From Bacillota bacterium (GTDB taxonomy: Bacteria > Bacillota > Bacilli > Paenibacillales > JBEGSW01), in the NCBI GenBank assembly GCA_041179705.1, contig JBEGSW010000032.1, positions 70,446 through 134,445 on the forward strand: a DNA stretch of 64,000 nucleotides. The letters run 5' to 3'. The notes below the pieces were generated by a model. That model was not told where the DNA came from. It was given only the letters and a program-made list of their open reading frames with translations, and made no database searches. Below, piece by piece: positions 1 to 10,916 of this stretch. Positions within the stretch are counted from its first letter, which is position 1. Each line of letters starts with the position of its first letter. The position numbers and the translations under genes are program-made.

Positions 1-307
1 ACCCTAATAGATTCGCTGCCATATTCGAAACAATATAACCCATAGCAGGATGTGTAGCAGGGACATCAGGGAACAGACGGCGCACAACTGGGAATAATCC
101 TTTCGCAAGCCCAGCAAGCAATCCGCCCTTCTCCGCAATACGCATCAGACCCATCCAAAAAACCATGATACTAATTAAGCCGAAACATACCGTGACTGCA
201 GATTGCGCACCATCAAATACAGCTTCCGTCAATTTGTGCATTGTTCCATTTATGGCGGAAACGACAAATCCCGATACTAACATTATTAACCAAATAAGAT
301 TAACCAT
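1..307 (-). CDS. spmA: Spore maturation protein A, N-terminal part (runs off the window)
   Basis: Hand translation of the minus strand from ATG at 307 gives MVNLIWLIMLVSGFVVSAINGTMHKLTEAVFDGAQSAVTVCFGLISIMVFWMGLMRIAEKGG... This is an SpmA-like polytopic membrane N-terminus. It lies directly downstream of dacB, as in the B. subtilis dacB-spmA-spmB operon. Confidence 0.8.
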   Translation of the reverse strand, partial: MVNLIWLIMLVSGFVVSAINGTMHKLTEAVFDGAQSAVTVCFGLISIMVFWMGLMRIAEKGGLLAGLAKGLFPVVRRLFPDVPATHPAMGYIVSNMAANLLG

Positions 308-315
308 AATTCCCC

Positions 316-1125
316 CTACTCGGTTTGCCGAAACCCGTAGTTTAATAAAAGACGGTGATCACTCCAATCACTACTAGCCTTAAGCGTCACTACCGCAATT
401 TGTTTGCCATTTCTTGTTGCTGAACTCACAAGGCATCTGCCTGCTTTCTTTGTATATCCTGTCTTTACACCATCTGACCCAGGATACAAGCGCAACATTT
501 TATTTTTATTTCGCCATAAGTAGGCGGTATTTTGTTCAGGGTACGAAATGCGTTTTGTACCTGTTTGTACGATTTCACGAAAATGAGGATTCGTAAGTGA
601 ATAAGCAGTTAACATCGCCATGTCATGAGCTGTCGAATAATGTCCAGGTGCATCTAGACCCGAGGGATTAACGAAATGGGAGTGTCTCATCCCAATTAAT
701 CTTGCGGTATCATTCATCATTATTGCAAAACCTTCGACCGAACCACCAACATGCTCTGCAATTGAGACAGCTGCATCATTGCCCGATCGCAACATTAATC
801 CATACAAGAGATCTTCCAAACTAATCTTCTGGCCTTCCTGTAAATAAATCGATGACCCTTCTTCACCAAATGCATTTGCACTTACCGTGACCTGATCTGC
901 CAAATCGCCATATTCCAAGGCAACGATTGCTGTCATTATTTTGGTCAAACTGGCGATTAACATTGGTCTACTCGCATTTTTTTCAAAAATAAATTCACCC
1001 GTTACTACGTCAATAACTGCCGAGGACTGTGCGGATATGTAAGGGCCTTGCGCAGATGCAGCTGAGGGAAATACACACATACTCCACCAAATAATACACA
1101 GAGAAACAAACCATAAATTACGCAA
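316..1125 (-). CDS. dacB: D-alanyl-D-alanine carboxypeptidase (sporulation PBP5*-type, S11 peptidase)
   Basis: The ORF 316..1239 carries SxxK (ASLTK), SGN and KTG motifs behind a signal peptide. The first 38 codons of that ORF span a terminator hairpin. The likely true start is TTG at 1125, 8 nt after RBS GGGGGAG. Confidence 0.8.
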   Translation of the reverse strand: MRNLWFVSLCIIWWSMCVFPSAASAQGPYISAQSSAVIDVVTGEFIFEKNASRPMLIASLTKIMTAIVALEYGDLADQVTVSANAFGEEGSSIYLQEGQKISLEDLLYGLMLRSGNDAAVSIAEHVGGSVEGFAIMMNDTARLIGMRHSHFVNPSGLDAPGHYSTAHDMAMLTAYSLTNPHFREIVQTGTKRISYPEQNTAYLWRNKNKMLRLYPGSDGVKTGYTKKAGRCLVSSATRNGKQIAVVTLKASSDWSDHRLLLNYGFRQTE

Positions 1126-1185
1126 CTGCAATACTCCCCCTATCCATGACTTAAATTCAAGGTAGTCCGAGTTTATGCATGAACG

Positions 1186-1226
1186 CAAAAAATCTGTACA
1201 TCTTTTTATTGAAAAGATGTACAGAT
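1186..1226 (-). terminator. Rho-independent terminator after ytfJ
   Basis: A 15-bp perfect stem (ATCTGTACATCTTTT / AAAAGATGTACAGAT) is followed by a T-run on the minus strand. Confidence 0.8.
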
Positions 1227-1239
1227 TAGATTGACACAT

Positions 1240-1674
1240 TTATTGAAGATTATTTTCGGTCGATGGTGGTTGTGTCGTTGCTCCCTTTTGGAAAAAGCTT
1301 TGGATTTTATCAACGACTTGCGGTGTCTGATCAATCAATCGTTCGATGAGGTGGGTCTGATTGTCTAATGAGACAATCTTTACGCCACTTTGGCCAACAA
1401 CTAAGAAAGCAATTGGCGTGATTGCAATACCGCCACCGCTCCCTCCGCCAAATGGCATTGATACGCTTGCATTGTCTACTTTATTATCTTTTTGTGGATC
1501 AGACCCGATGTCACTTCCACCTGCTGCAAAACCAAAATTAACTTTAGAAATCGGTAAAATTACACTACCATCAGTGGTTTCAACAGGTGCACCGACTATC
1601 GTATTTACGTCGACCATTTCCTTAATATTTTCCATCGCAGTTTGCATTAGCCCTTGAATCGGATGTTCCGCCAT
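1240..1674 (-). CDS. ytfJ: Sporulation/germination protein YtfJ (GerW family)
   Basis: The translation MAEHPIQGLMQTAMENIKEMVDVNTIVG..GSVILPISKVNFGFAAGG.. is typical of the YtfJ/GerW family. RBS GAGGAGG lies upstream. Confidence 0.85.
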   Translation of the reverse strand: MAEHPIQGLMQTAMENIKEMVDVNTIVGAPVETTDGSVILPISKVNFGFAAGGSDIGSDPQKDNKVDNASVSMPFGGGSGGGIAITPIAFLVVGQSGVKIVSLDNQTHLIERLIDQTPQVVDKIQSFFQKGATTQPPSTENNLQ

Positions 1675-2276
1675 AATTGAATGCCTCCTCGAGTCTTAGA
1701 GATACGAAACACTAACAAAAATGCAGCATAAATAGCATGTGCCAAACGGATGCGAAACATACTATCCAATTGGGTGGTAAAAACTGATTGATTATAAGTC
1801 GGTATTACAAGTAAATCGACAATCTTCTCATACGAAATCATTCTCCTTGAAATCCCAACTAACGAATGTTTGATTGCATAGGTTATACCAACAATTAAAG
1901 CTGTTGATGCTGCATCATCAAGTCCAATTTGCGTTCGCCAACGCATTTTTTCACACTTAAATAATTTAATGGTTTGCGAGAACCACTCTTTTGGATTTCG
2001 CATCTGATTCAATAGTTTCTTGAAGGCTTCAGCCCATCTTTTAATGGTATGATACGTAATTCTACTTTCATCCACTTGGATCCCTTTACGCAAATTAATA
2101 AAATCAATTTCCGAAATGGACTTTTCAATTACTACCCAACCAAATATAGCGTTAATTGAGATTGCAATTTCATCATTGCCATGGATTCGATTCCATCTTA
2201 ATCGAATATGAATGTTACTTAATGCAATCACAACAGCGAATAGTAATACGCATAGAAGTAATATTGATGCGAGCAA
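1647..2276 (-). CDS. ytfI: YtfI-like sporulation protein (DUF2953)
   Basis: It has an N-terminal TM helix and overlaps the ytfJ start, matching the B. subtilis ytfI-ytfJ pair. TTG start lies 8 nt after a GGGGG RBS. Confidence 0.6.
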   Translation of the reverse strand: MLASILLLCVLLFAVVIALSNIHIRLRWNRIHGNDEIAISINAIFGWVVIEKSISEIDFINLRKGIQVDESRITYHTIKRWAEAFKKLLNQMRNPKEWFSQTIKLFKCEKMRWRTQIGLDDAASTALIVGITYAIKHSLVGISRRMISYEKIVDLLVIPTYNQSVFTTQLDSMFRIRLAHAIYAAFLLVFRISKTRGGIQLWRNIRFKG

Positions 2277-2293
2277 TAATCAGGCCCCCTAAA

Positions 2294-2337
2294 CAAAAAA
2301 CTTCAAGTGAATGCCCAGAATTGGCAAGCCCTTGAAG
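2294..2337 (-). terminator. Terminator after scpB
   Basis: An imperfect hairpin (CTTCAAG...CTTGAAG with inner TGCC/GGCA) is followed by TTTTTTGTTT on the minus strand. Confidence 0.55.
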
Positions 2338-2374
2338 TTAATATGAATGAAAAAGTCAGTTGCTATGCATCGGC

Positions 2375-2980
2375 TTATTTTTCATTTACATCGTCAATCG
2401 TGAGTTGACGATTATCCAGACGTTCGAATAATAATTTGGTCTCTTGCTCAAGTTTAACCACATCTTCCCAATCCGATGAATCAGGTAATTCACGAATGCT
2501 ACCTAATCCAAAATAATCAAGAAATTGCTTTGTCGTTCCATATAAAATCGGTCTACCAATCAAATCAGCTCGGCCAATATCTTGGATTAACCCTTTAGCA
2601 ACAAGTGTATGTACCGCGCGATCGACATTTACGCCACGAATTTCCTCAATATCTGCTCGAGTCACAGGTTGTCGATATGCAACGATGGATAATGTCTCCA
2701 ATGCCGCCTGGGAGAGACTTGCTCGTGTTGGAGATATTGCTAACTTTTGGAAGTAAGAAACGTGTTCGGGAATTGTTGTCATTTGAAATGACCCCGCCCA
2801 TTCCACAATTTGCATACCGCGTTGTTCAACCATGTATGTCTGTTGTAATTCACGTAAATGCTTTACAACTTCACTTCGTTCAACATCTAGTGCTTCTGCA
2901 ATTTGCTTGGCTTCTAATCCCTCATCACCGGAGGCGAAAAGTAGTCCCTCAATAATTGATTTCATCTGATTCGATTCCAT
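2375..2980 (-). CDS. scpB: Segregation and condensation protein B
   Basis: The [15 protein letters not shown]-terminus and winged-helix repeats are ScpB-like. It follows scpA and has a strong RBS GGAGGGGGGGAG. Confidence 0.9.
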   Translation of the reverse strand: MESNQMKSIIEGLLFASGDEGLEAKQIAEALDVERSEVVKHLRELQQTYMVEQRGMQIVEWAGSFQMTTIPEHVSYFQKLAISPTRASLSQAALETLSIVAYRQPVTRADIEEIRGVNVDRAVHTLVAKGLIQDIGRADLIGRPILYGTTKQFLDYFGLGSIRELPDSSDWEDVVKLEQETKLLFERLDNRQLTIDDVNEK

Positions 2981-3725
2981 CCACTGTCTCCCCCCCTCCG
3001 CGGTATTGGATTACGATATCCTCAAACAATTCATGTTGGAAACAAGTAATCCGACGCATTTTCATTAATTCCAAAATAGCCAAAAATGTAACGACAATGT
3101 TCTCACGTTCACATTCATCTTCAAGAATCGCCGAAAACATCATACGATCGCCTTCTTTTTGGAAGTACCCAAGTAATTTGTTGATTTGATCTTTGACGGA
3201 ACGCTCATCGCGTTGAATCTTCGCAACCCGATTTTTAACAATCGTCCGTTTAACAACATTCTGAAACGTAAACATGATATCAGCAAGTGAAAGTCCCTTT
3301 AAGGGATCTTCAACTTGCTCAGGTGCATATTGATTGAAATCAATTGGTTCACGCGAAAAAATCAAACTACGCGCAAGCTCTCGGTCTTTCAATCGATCTG
3401 CCAAATCTTTAAACTTACGATATTCCAACAAACGCTGAACAAGCTCGAAACGCGGATCCTCTTCTGGAAGATCGGACATTTCCTCAAGTACAGGAGGTTT
3501 CGGCAATAACATCTTACTCTTAATGGAGAGCAATGTTGCTGCCATAACTAAAAATTCTGTTGTTACTTCTAATTCTAACTGCGGCATCTCACGAATGTAG
3601 CCTAAATACTGTTCCGTAATTTGTACAATCGGAATATCGTATATATCTAATTCATTCTTATCAATCAAATGCAACAATAAATCCAATGGACCTTCAAACG
3701 CATCTAATTTGTACTTGATACTCAT
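2949..3725 (-). CDS. scpA: Segregation and condensation protein A (kleisin)
   Basis: The translation [28 protein letters not shown].. is the ScpA signature. Its start overlaps the ribH stop as ATGA. Confidence 0.9.
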   Translation of the reverse strand: MSIKYKLDAFEGPLDLLLHLIDKNELDIYDIPIVQITEQYLGYIREMPQLELEVTTEFLVMAATLLSIKSKMLLPKPPVLEEMSDLPEEDPRFELVQRLLEYRKFKDLADRLKDRELARSLIFSREPIDFNQYAPEQVEDPLKGLSLADIMFTFQNVVKRTIVKNRVAKIQRDERSVKDQINKLLGYFQKEGDRMMFSAILEDECERENIVVTFLAILELMKMRRITCFQHELFEDIVIQYRGGGETVDGIESDEINY

Positions 3726-4186
3726 AGTTGTTTCGCAAGGTTTGCCATTTCGATCGCAGTAGCTGCAGCTTCCCAGCCTTTGTTCCCTGCTTTTGTCCCT
3801 GCACGTTCAATTGCTTGTTCAATGGAATCAACAGTGAGGACACCAAAGATCGTAGGTACACCAGTCTTCAATGATACACCAGCCACACCCTTCGCAACTT
3901 CACTAGATACAAAATCAAAATGTGGTGTGGATCCACGAATAACCGCACCAAGTGTAATCACTGCATCGTAGCGACCTGATGCTGCTAACTTCTGAGCAAT
4001 CAACGGAATTTCGAATGCACCTGGTACCCAGGCTACATCAATTTCCTCTTCTTTAACACCATGACGAATTAATGCGTCTTGTGCCCCGCCCAATAATTTA
4101 GAAGAAATAAATTCATTGAAACGACCGACTACGATTCCGTATTTCAAACCTTCTGATACTAAATGTCCTTCAAAAATGCGTGCCAT
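3722..4186 (-). CDS. ribH: 6,7-dimethyl-8-ribityllumazine synthase
   Basis: The translation is RibH-like ([11 protein letters not shown]..., 154 aa). It is the last gene of the rib operon. Confidence 0.95.
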   Translation of the reverse strand: MARIFEGHLVSEGLKYGIVVGRFNEFISSKLLGGAQDALIRHGVKEEEIDVAWVPGAFEIPLIAQKLAASGRYDAVITLGAVIRGSTPHFDFVSSEVAKGVAGVSLKTGVPTIFGVLTVDSIEQAIERAGTKAGNKGWEAAATAIEMANLAKQL

Positions 4187-4208
4187 AATTATTTATCTCC
4201 TTTGAGTG

Positions 4209-5432
4209 TTATTTCTCGTCATTAAATTTAAGTAAATGTCCTAACTTCTCTTGCTTCGTGTGTAAATATTTTGTGTTATCTTTATTCGCTTCCATCTGAA
4301 TCGGTACACGTTCGACAATTTCTAAACCGTAACCTTCAAGCCCTTTGATTTTACGAGGGTTGTTCGTCAATAAGCGAATTTGACTTATTCCTAATTCTTT
4401 GAGAATTTGTGCCCCAATCCCATAATCACGTAAATCTGCACCAAAGCCAAGTTTTAAATTCGCGTCAACGGTATCTAATCCCTGCTCTTGCAACACGTAC
4501 GCTTTCAATTTATTCATCAATCCAATGCCGCGGCCTTCTTGTCTCATATATAGTAAGACGCCACTCCCTGCTTCATCAATCTGCTTCATTGCTGCAGCCA
4601 ATTGCGGGCCGCAATCACAGCGATGGGAATGGAAGACATCACCGGTTAAACATTCAGAATGAACACGTACAAGCACTGGTTGTTCAGGATTAAGTTCGCC
4701 TTTCACAAATGCTACGTGTTCCTTATCATCGATGATGTTCGTGTAGGCAATTGCTTTGAACTCACCAAAATCAGTCGGCATTCTAACTTCAACTTCACGC
4801 TTAACGAGTTGCTCTTTCTCATTGCGATATCGAATTAAGTCCTGGATTGAAATTAATTTAAGTTGGTGTTCATCTGCAATGATTTTCAAATCAGGTAATC
4901 GCGCCATTGAACCATCTTCTTTGATGATTTCACAAATAACGGCTGCTGGATATGAGCCACACATCTTCGCCAAATCAACAGCTGCTTCCGTATGTCCTGC
5001 CCTGCGAAGCACACCGCCATCTTTGGCAATTAAGGGGAATACATGCCCCGGTCTTCTAAAATCACTTGGTTTAGCAGCTGGGTTCATCAAAGCTTTAATT
5101 GTCTGAGAACGTTCGAAAGCAGAAATCCCAGTCGTTGTTGTGACGTGATCAACGGATACTGTAAACGCTGTGCCATGATAATCCGTATTATGCGTAACCA
5201 TTGGGGGCAAGTCGAGTTCTCTTGCGCGTTGTACCGTTATTGGCGTACACACTAAACCGCGACCCTCTTTAATCATAAAATTGATGTTATCTGGTGTTGC
5301 TTTTTCGGCGATACAAATGAAGTCCCCTTCATTTTCACGATCTTCATCATCTACGACGATGACAACTTTTCCCAGCATCAAATCATAGATTGCTGACTCG
5401 ATGCTATCAAGTTGGATGGGTTCGTTCTTCAT
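4209..5432 (-). CDS. ribBA: Bifunctional 3,4-dihydroxy-2-butanone-4-phosphate synthase / GTP cyclohydrolase II
   Basis: It has an N-terminal DHBP synthase domain ([10 protein letters not shown]) and a C-terminal GCH II domain ([12 protein letters not shown]). Confidence 0.95.
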   Translation of the reverse strand: MKNEPIQLDSIESAIYDLMLGKVVIVVDDEDRENEGDFICIAEKATPDNINFMIKEGRGLVCTPITVQRARELDLPPMVTHNTDYHGTAFTVSVDHVTTTTGISAFERSQTIKALMNPAAKPSDFRRPGHVFPLIAKDGGVLRRAGHTEAAVDLAKMCGSYPAAVICEIIKEDGSMARLPDLKIIADEHQLKLISIQDLIRYRNEKEQLVKREVEVRMPTDFGEFKAIAYTNIIDDKEHVAFVKGELNPEQPVLVRVHSECLTGDVFHSHRCDCGPQLAAAMKQIDEAGSGVLLYMRQEGRGIGLMNKLKAYVLQEQGLDTVDANLKLGFGADLRDYGIGAQILKELGISQIRLLTNNPRKIKGLEGYGLEIVERVPIQMEANKDNTKYLHTKQEKLGHLLKFNDEK

Positions 5433-5445
5433 GATGTCACTCCTT

Positions 5446-6111
5446 CTAAAAACCGTTTTCGATTAATTTTTCTAGTGTTAGTCCCGAAGATTTATGAGAT
5501 TGTTCCGTATTCGTCATCGGTCCCATTCGTAAAAAATGTTCGACATATCGTCCTAACACATCACATTCTAGATTCACGATATCCCCGATCGAACGATGCT
5601 TCAAAATGGTTTGGTCCAACGTATGAGGAATGATCCATAGCGTAAATGTACCTTCGCGCACTTCACCAACGGTTAAACTTATTCCATCAATTGTAATTGA
5701 CCCTTTAGGGATAATATATCGCATGAGATGGTCACGTGTTGGACGGATTTGGTAAACAATTGCATTACTTTCTGTCTTCTTACTAACAATTTCACCAATG
5801 CCATCCACATGACCTTGTACGATATGTCCACCGAATCGACCATTTGCTGCCATGGCACGCTCTAAATTAACTTCACTACCTGGTTGTAAGGATGATAATG
5901 ACGTGCTACGAAATGTCTCAGGCATCACATCTGCTTGAAATCCGCTAGAATCAAACGCAATGACGGTTAAACAAACACCATTTACGGCAATACTATCTCC
6001 AAGTTTGACATCGTGCATGATTGCTTTAGCTGCAACGGCGATGACCATCGCCTCACCCTGCGTTCGGATGGAACGAACCCGACCTAATTCTTCTATTATG
6101 CCTGTAAACAT
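5446..6111 (-). CDS. ribE: Riboflavin synthase alpha chain
   Basis: [10 protein letters not shown] start and duplicated lumazine-binding repeats. Confidence 0.95.
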   Translation of the reverse strand: MFTGIIEELGRVRSIRTQGEAMVIAVAAKAIMHDVKLGDSIAVNGVCLTVIAFDSSGFQADVMPETFRSTSLSSLQPGSEVNLERAMAANGRFGGHIVQGHVDGIGEIVSKKTESNAIVYQIRPTRDHLMRYIIPKGSITIDGISLTVGEVREGTFTLWIIPHTLDQTILKHRSIGDIVNLECDVLGRYVEHFLRMGPMTNTEQSHKSSGLTLEKLIENGF

Positions 6112-6121
6112 CTGCTCTCAC

Positions 6122-7234
6122 CTAACTTTCTTTCAATCCATAATTTAGATAAGACTTTAATAGGACATCCCCATCGAAATGCTCCATTTCTAACCGATCT
6201 AGTTTGATCGCATGTTTCATTGTATCAACACCTGTCCATTGTAATGGCGTTGCAGCATGTAATCCGCCAATTAATTTGGGAGCAATAAACCAGAGCATTT
6301 TGTGAATGCATTTCGCCTCTAACATTGCCCCAGCGAGTTTGCCTCCTCCTTCAAGGAGAATGGATGCGATTTCCAGTTCACCTAAACGCTTCATAGCCAA
6401 CTTTAAGTCAACTTGTGGGCCGTTCCCACAGCGGATGACTTTAATGCCATTCGCTACAAGCGCATGCTCACTTTCAAGAGGAGCTTGTTCAGTTGTAACG
6501 ATCCAAGTTGGGGCGATTTGATCGATTACGAGTTGACTAGTTAGAGGAATCCGCAACTGAGAATCAATGACAATCCGAATCGGATGTAAACCAGGTACCG
6601 ATAATCGCGTTGTTAATGAAGGATCATCGGCTAAAACTGTGCCAATTCCGACCATGATCGCCTGGTTTTGATGGCGAATGGTATGAACATACGCTCTTGC
6701 AGTAGCATCTGTAATCCACTTGCTATCACCTGATTCCGTTGCAATCTTACCATCGAGTGTTGTCGCCGTTTTGAATGTTACAAAAGGTTGTTTGGTCACA
6801 ATATAATGATTGAATGCCTCATTCAGTTGTTCCGACTCTGTGGATAAAAGGCCCACATCGACCTGAATCCCATGCGATTGCAAGTGTTTGATTCCTTGTC
6901 CTGCGACGAGTGGATTTGGATCAACAGCGGCCACAACAACACGCGAAACGCCTGCTTGTATGAGTTGATCTGCACAAGGCGGTGTCTTGCCAAAATGACA
7001 ACATGGCTCGAGCGTAACGTAAGCGGTACTTCCTTTGGCTAAATCACCCGCCATCTTTAATGCGTGCACTTCAGCATGAGCTTGTCCGCGCTTCAGATGG
7101 GCGCCAAAACCAACCACTTCTCCCGCATTGACGATTACACACCCGACAATCGGATTTATTGCTGTCTGTCCTTGTGCAACAGATGCTAACTGAAGGGCAA
7201 ACTGCATATAATAATCATCATTCAATATTGCCAT
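6122..7234 (-). CDS. ribD: Bifunctional riboflavin biosynthesis deaminase/reductase
   Basis: It has a CMP/dCMP deaminase Zn motif (HAE...PCxxC) plus a reductase domain. The start was moved to ATG at 7234, 9 nt after RBS GGAGGG; the ORF-track start at 7255 lies inside the terminator T-tract region. Confidence 0.95.
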   Translation of the reverse strand: MAILNDDYYMQFALQLASVAQGQTAINPIVGCVIVNAGEVVGFGAHLKRGQAHAEVHALKMAGDLAKGSTAYVTLEPCCHFGKTPPCADQLIQAGVSRVVVAAVDPNPLVAGQGIKHLQSHGIQVDVGLLSTESEQLNEAFNHYIVTKQPFVTFKTATTLDGKIATESGDSKWITDATARAYVHTIRHQNQAIMVGIGTVLADDPSLTTRLSVPGLHPIRIVIDSQLRIPLTSQLVIDQIAPTWIVTTEQAPLESEHALVANGIKVIRCGNGPQVDLKLAMKRLGELEIASILLEGGGKLAGAMLEAKCIHKMLWFIAPKLIGGLHAATPLQWTGVDTMKHAIKLDRLEMEHFDGDVLLKSYLNYGLKES

Positions 7235-7253
7235 GATCTCACATCCCTCCTGC

Positions 7254-7512
7254 AAAAAAATAAACCCCTAGCAGCGTACGCTTAGGGGTTTGGGATTCCA
7301 TGATAGATTAGCACGAAACAAATCGATTGTTAATGAACAAATCGACTTACATCGCGCTGATTCTTCGTTCTCTCTCCCATCCAGACTTTACTGTCGGCTT
7401 CGGAATTGCACCGAATCCACCGCCCACAGCAAGTTGCATATGGTCGGGTCACGGACTTACGACTATTGTCGATCACCGCCGGTTGGGAATTTCACCCTAC
7501 CCCGAAAGAACA
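7254..7512 (-). promoter_or_regulatory. FMN riboswitch (RFN element) with intrinsic terminator
   Basis: The minus strand reads ..CGGGGTAGGGTGAAATTCCCAACCGGCGGTGA..GTGACCCG..GGTGGATTCGGTGCAATTCCGAAGCCGACAGTAAAGTCTGGATGGGAGA.., matching the conserved RFN core. It is followed by the hairpin AAACCCCTA/TAGGGGTTT plus a T-run at 7254..7291, just ahead of ribD. Confidence 0.95.
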
Positions 7513-7535
7513 TCAATATGTAATTGTGTAATTCA

Positions 7536-7961
7536 TTATTTAACAACAACGGACTCCATACGATCTTGACCACGGAATGCATCTACAAGTTCCATGCCTT
7601 GGACAACTTTACCAAATACAGTATGTACACCATCTAAATGAGGTTGTGCACCGTAGCAGATATAAAACTGACTACCACCCGTATTTCGACCAGCGTGAGC
7701 CATCGCTAATGTACCACGTTCGTGTTTATTCGGATTAATCTCGCAATCAATATTGTATCCTGGACCACCAGTACCTGTACCACGTGGGCAACCACCTTGT
7801 GCTACGAATCCTGGAATGACACGGTGGAATGTTAACCCGTTATAGAAACCTTCATTTGCTAATTTTTCAAAGTTTGCAACCGTGTTGGGTGCATCTTGAT
7901 CAAATAAATCGATAACAACCTCGCCACCTGTTGCTAATTTAATAATTGCTTGTTTAGCCAC
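7536..7961 (-). CDS. ppiB: Peptidyl-prolyl cis-trans isomerase (cyclophilin type)
   Basis: Cyclophilin motifs are present ([28 protein letters not shown]). The likely start is GTG at 7961, 8 nt after GAGGAG; the ORF extends to 7970. Confidence 0.9.
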   Translation of the reverse strand: MAKQAIIKLATGGEVVIDLFDQDAPNTVANFEKLANEGFYNGLTFHRVIPGFVAQGGCPRGTGTGGPGYNIDCEINPNKHERGTLAMAHAGRNTGGSQFYICYGAQPHLDGVHTVFGKVVQGMELVDAFRGQDRMESVVVK

Positions 7962-8054
7962 TACATTCACTCCTCAACTATTGTTCAATATTTACATAAC
8001 GTTATTTTAGCCGAAAACCAAAGGTTATACAAACGAATTACTCACATCGATGAA

Positions 8055-9371
8055 TTACTTAGCCAGATAGGCTGGAATAACGTCATTCTTAACGATGTCG
8101 TCTAAGGATTCACGTTGCACGACAATTTCAGCTTTGCCATTATTCACAAAGACCACAGCTGGTCGGCGAATCCGGTTATAATTGCTAGCCATCGAATAAT
8201 TATATGCCCCCGTACAGGAAACAGCTAGGATGTCACCTGTCACAGCTTTTGGAAGTTTAATGTCGAGAATAAGTTTGTCACCACTCTCACAAGCCTTACC
8301 AGCAATCGTGACTGTCTCCTCTGCAGGATCATTAGCGCGATTCGCTAACATTGCTTCATAGACGGCGCCATACAACGCCGGACGAATGTTATCGCTCATG
8401 CCACCATCAACGGAAACATATTTATTTACCCCAGGAATATCTTTATAGGTACCAATCGTATACAGCGTTGTACCAGCATCACCAACCACGCTGCGACCTG
8501 GCTCAATCCACACCTCAGGATAAGGATATTGATGCTTATCAAATTCCGATTTAATCGTATCAACTAAAGCTTGAACGTATTCCCCAACTGGCAGTGGGTC
8601 ATCTTCTGTTACATAACGAATGCCAAAGCCCCCACCTAAATTCAACACAGGGAAAACGTGGTTAAATCGTTGACGAACATCTTCAGCAAACTGTGTTAAT
8701 TTCACAACGGCAAGTTGGAAACCATTTGTGTCAAAAATTTGCGAACCGATATGCGAATGTGTTCCTAACAGATTCACATTGTCTAGTTGTAATGCTTGAC
8801 CAACAGCTTCCATTGCTGCACCATTGCCGAGGTCAAATCCAAATTTACTATCGGTCTGTCCTGTTGTTATAAATTCATGCGTATGTGCCTCTATGCCCGG
8901 TGTTAGTCGGAACAAAATATTCGCAATGATATTTCGACTAGCTGCTATCTCATTTAACATATAAAGTTCAACAAAATTATCGACAACAAAACAACCAATC
9001 CCTGCTTCTAAGGCAAATGCAATCTCATCTGGTGTCTTATTGTTCCCATGGAAATGAATGCGCTCAGCTGGGAATCCCGCTTCCAATGCCGTATGCAATT
9101 CACCTTCAGATACGACATCCAACGACATTCCTTCCTGTTCAACAAGACGACACATTGCCTTCACGCAAAATGCTTTGCTCGCATAGGCTACTTGATACTT
9201 TAATCCGCTCTCTCTAAATACGTTAACAAAAGACTGACATCGCTCACGAATGAGTGCTTCATCCATAACGTAAAGTGGTGTGCCGAATTGTTCAACTAAC
9301 GCAACAGAATCACACCCACCAATCGTCAAATGACCTTGCTCATTAATTTGACTAGTACCGTGCAAATACAT
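8055..9371 (-). CDS. lysA: Diaminopimelate decarboxylase
   Basis: A PLP fold-III decarboxylase. The start was set at MYLHGTS, which aligns with the B. subtilis LysA N-terminus as I recall it. RBS TTGGAG lies upstream. Confidence 0.95.
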   Translation of the reverse strand: MYLHGTSQINEQGHLTIGGCDSVALVEQFGTPLYVMDEALIRERCQSFVNVFRESGLKYQVAYASKAFCVKAMCRLVEQEGMSLDVVSEGELHTALEAGFPAERIHFHGNNKTPDEIAFALEAGIGCFVVDNFVELYMLNEIAASRNIIANILFRLTPGIEAHTHEFITTGQTDSKFGFDLGNGAAMEAVGQALQLDNVNLLGTHSHIGSQIFDTNGFQLAVVKLTQFAEDVRQRFNHVFPVLNLGGGFGIRYVTEDDPLPVGEYVQALVDTIKSEFDKHQYPYPEVWIEPGRSVVGDAGTTLYTIGTYKDIPGVNKYVSVDGGMSDNIRPALYGAVYEAMLANRANDPAEETVTIAGKACESGDKLILDIKLPKAVTGDILAVSCTGAYNYSMASNYNRIRRPAVVFVNNGKAEIVVQRESLDDIVKNDVIPAYLAK

Positions 9372-9444
9372 ATCATTTACTCCAATCTTTTCATAGGGAT
9401 ACATTTCATCTAAAGTATCACAAATAATGCCCTATTGCCAAGGC

Positions 9445-10902
9445 TTATTGGTTACTCGACTGGCGTGTATGATCGATTGGCTTTGTTAGATTTAATCGCT
9501 GAGACTGGGTTTGTACGGGTCTGCGAAAGAGAATGTTGAACATTGCTTTAGGGTGAAATGGGATCAACGGCCAAAAGTAAGGTGCATGATAGGAGTTTTG
9601 CAACGTGAGGTAAATAACGAAAAGTGTCGTGGAAATAAGAAATCCCTTTACACCGAATACCGCTACTGCAAGCAACAAAATCAATCGAACTGCACGATTC
9701 GCTAAACCGAGTTCATAACTAGGCGTTGCAAACATCCCGATTGCTGCAACAGCCATATATAGGATAACTTCATTAACGAATAGTCCTGTCTGAACAGCGA
9801 TATCACCGATCAAAATCGCGGCAATGAGTCCCATCGCGGTTGCTAACGGGGTCGGGGTATGCACAGCAGCCATCCGCATTAAATCGACGCCAATTTCCGC
9901 AAAAATAAACTGCATAATGATCGGCAATTTTCCCGTCTTTTGCGGACCAATAAAATCGAGCAACGCAGGCTTAAATTCCGGGTGTTTCACAAGTAGGAAC
10001 CACAGTGGCAACATGAATAAAGAAGCGAATATCCCTAAAAATCTAACCCATCTCAGATAGGTGCCCATAAATGGGGTTTGTCGATATTCTTCTGCGTGTT
10101 GAACGAAATGGAAAAAGGTCGCTGGGACAATCATCACACTCGGGGAAGTATCCACCATAATCGCTACATGCCCTTCCAACAAATGGTTAGCAACCACATC
10201 AGGTCTTTCTGTATAGCGAACTTGGGGATATGGGTTCCACCCCTTATTCATTAGCCATTCATCAAGTTGTTTCTCGGACATCGGCAAACCGTCGATATCA
10301 AGCGTATCTAACTTCTGTTTAATAGCTGAAATGAGCTTCGGATCTGCAATATCTGCAATATAACTAATACAAACATCTGTTAGACTTCTTCGACCAACTT
10401 GGGTCATTTCTAATTTAAGTTGCGGATCACGTATCCGCCTTCTAACCAGAGCTGCATTCACCATCAACGTCTCGACAAACCCATCGCGCGAACCGCGGAC
10501 AACACGCTCAAGAGATGGCTCCTCAATGCCTCGGGATGGTAGACGCTTGGCATCAATTAACAGCGCCGACTGCTCTCCCTCAACGAACATAGCAGTAGTC
10601 CCGGCCAATACTTTAGCGATGACATCTTTGATTCTTGTGGATTGTTCAACTTGAACATGTGGAATTAAATATCGCTTAAAACCTTCACAATCTAGAGCCG
10701 TTTCAGCATTCGTACGATAGCATGAGAGTTGTTTGAGAATATCAGTCAATACCTCATCTTTTGCAAATCCGTTGACGAATAAAAATGCGGTATTTTTTGT
10801 GCCGAAAGTCATTTCCCTTAAGACAATGTCGAAATTTTGCCCGTAACCAATTTCTTCTTTTAAGATTACTTTTAAATCTTCCATATCCCGACCGAACATC
10901 AT
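9445..10902 (-). CDS. spoVAF: Stage V sporulation protein AF (GerA-family germination protein)
   Basis: It has a GerA-type soluble domain plus a C-terminal multi-TM region. It sits between spoVAB and lysA as in B. subtilis. ATG at 10902 lies 6 nt after AAGGGAGGTG. Confidence 0.85.
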   Translation of the reverse strand: MMFGRDMEDLKVILKEEIGYGQNFDIVLREMTFGTKNTAFLFVNGFAKDEVLTDILKQLSCYRTNAETALDCEGFKRYLIPHVQVEQSTRIKDVIAKVLAGTTAMFVEGEQSALLIDAKRLPSRGIEEPSLERVVRGSRDGFVETLMVNAALVRRRIRDPQLKLEMTQVGRRSLTDVCISYIADIADPKLISAIKQKLDTLDIDGLPMSEKQLDEWLMNKGWNPYPQVRYTERPDVVANHLLEGHVAIMVDTSPSVMIVPATFFHFVQHAEEYRQTPFMGTYLRWVRFLGIFASLFMLPLWFLLVKHPEFKPALLDFIGPQKTGKLPIIMQFIFAEIGVDLMRMAAVHTPTPLATAMGLIAAILIGDIAVQTGLFVNEVILYMAVAAIGMFATPSYELGLANRAVRLILLLAVAVFGVKGFLISTTLFVIYLTLQNSYHAPYFWPLIPFHPKAMFNILFRRPVQTQSQRLNLTKPIDHTRQSSNQ

Positions 10903-10916
10903 GACAAACACCTCCC

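Noticed and set aside
1126-1239. N-terminal 38-codon extension of the dacB ORF
   Set aside because: The extension spans the 15-bp-stem ytfJ terminator. The signal peptide starts after the internal TTG, which has a well-spaced GGGGGAG RBS.
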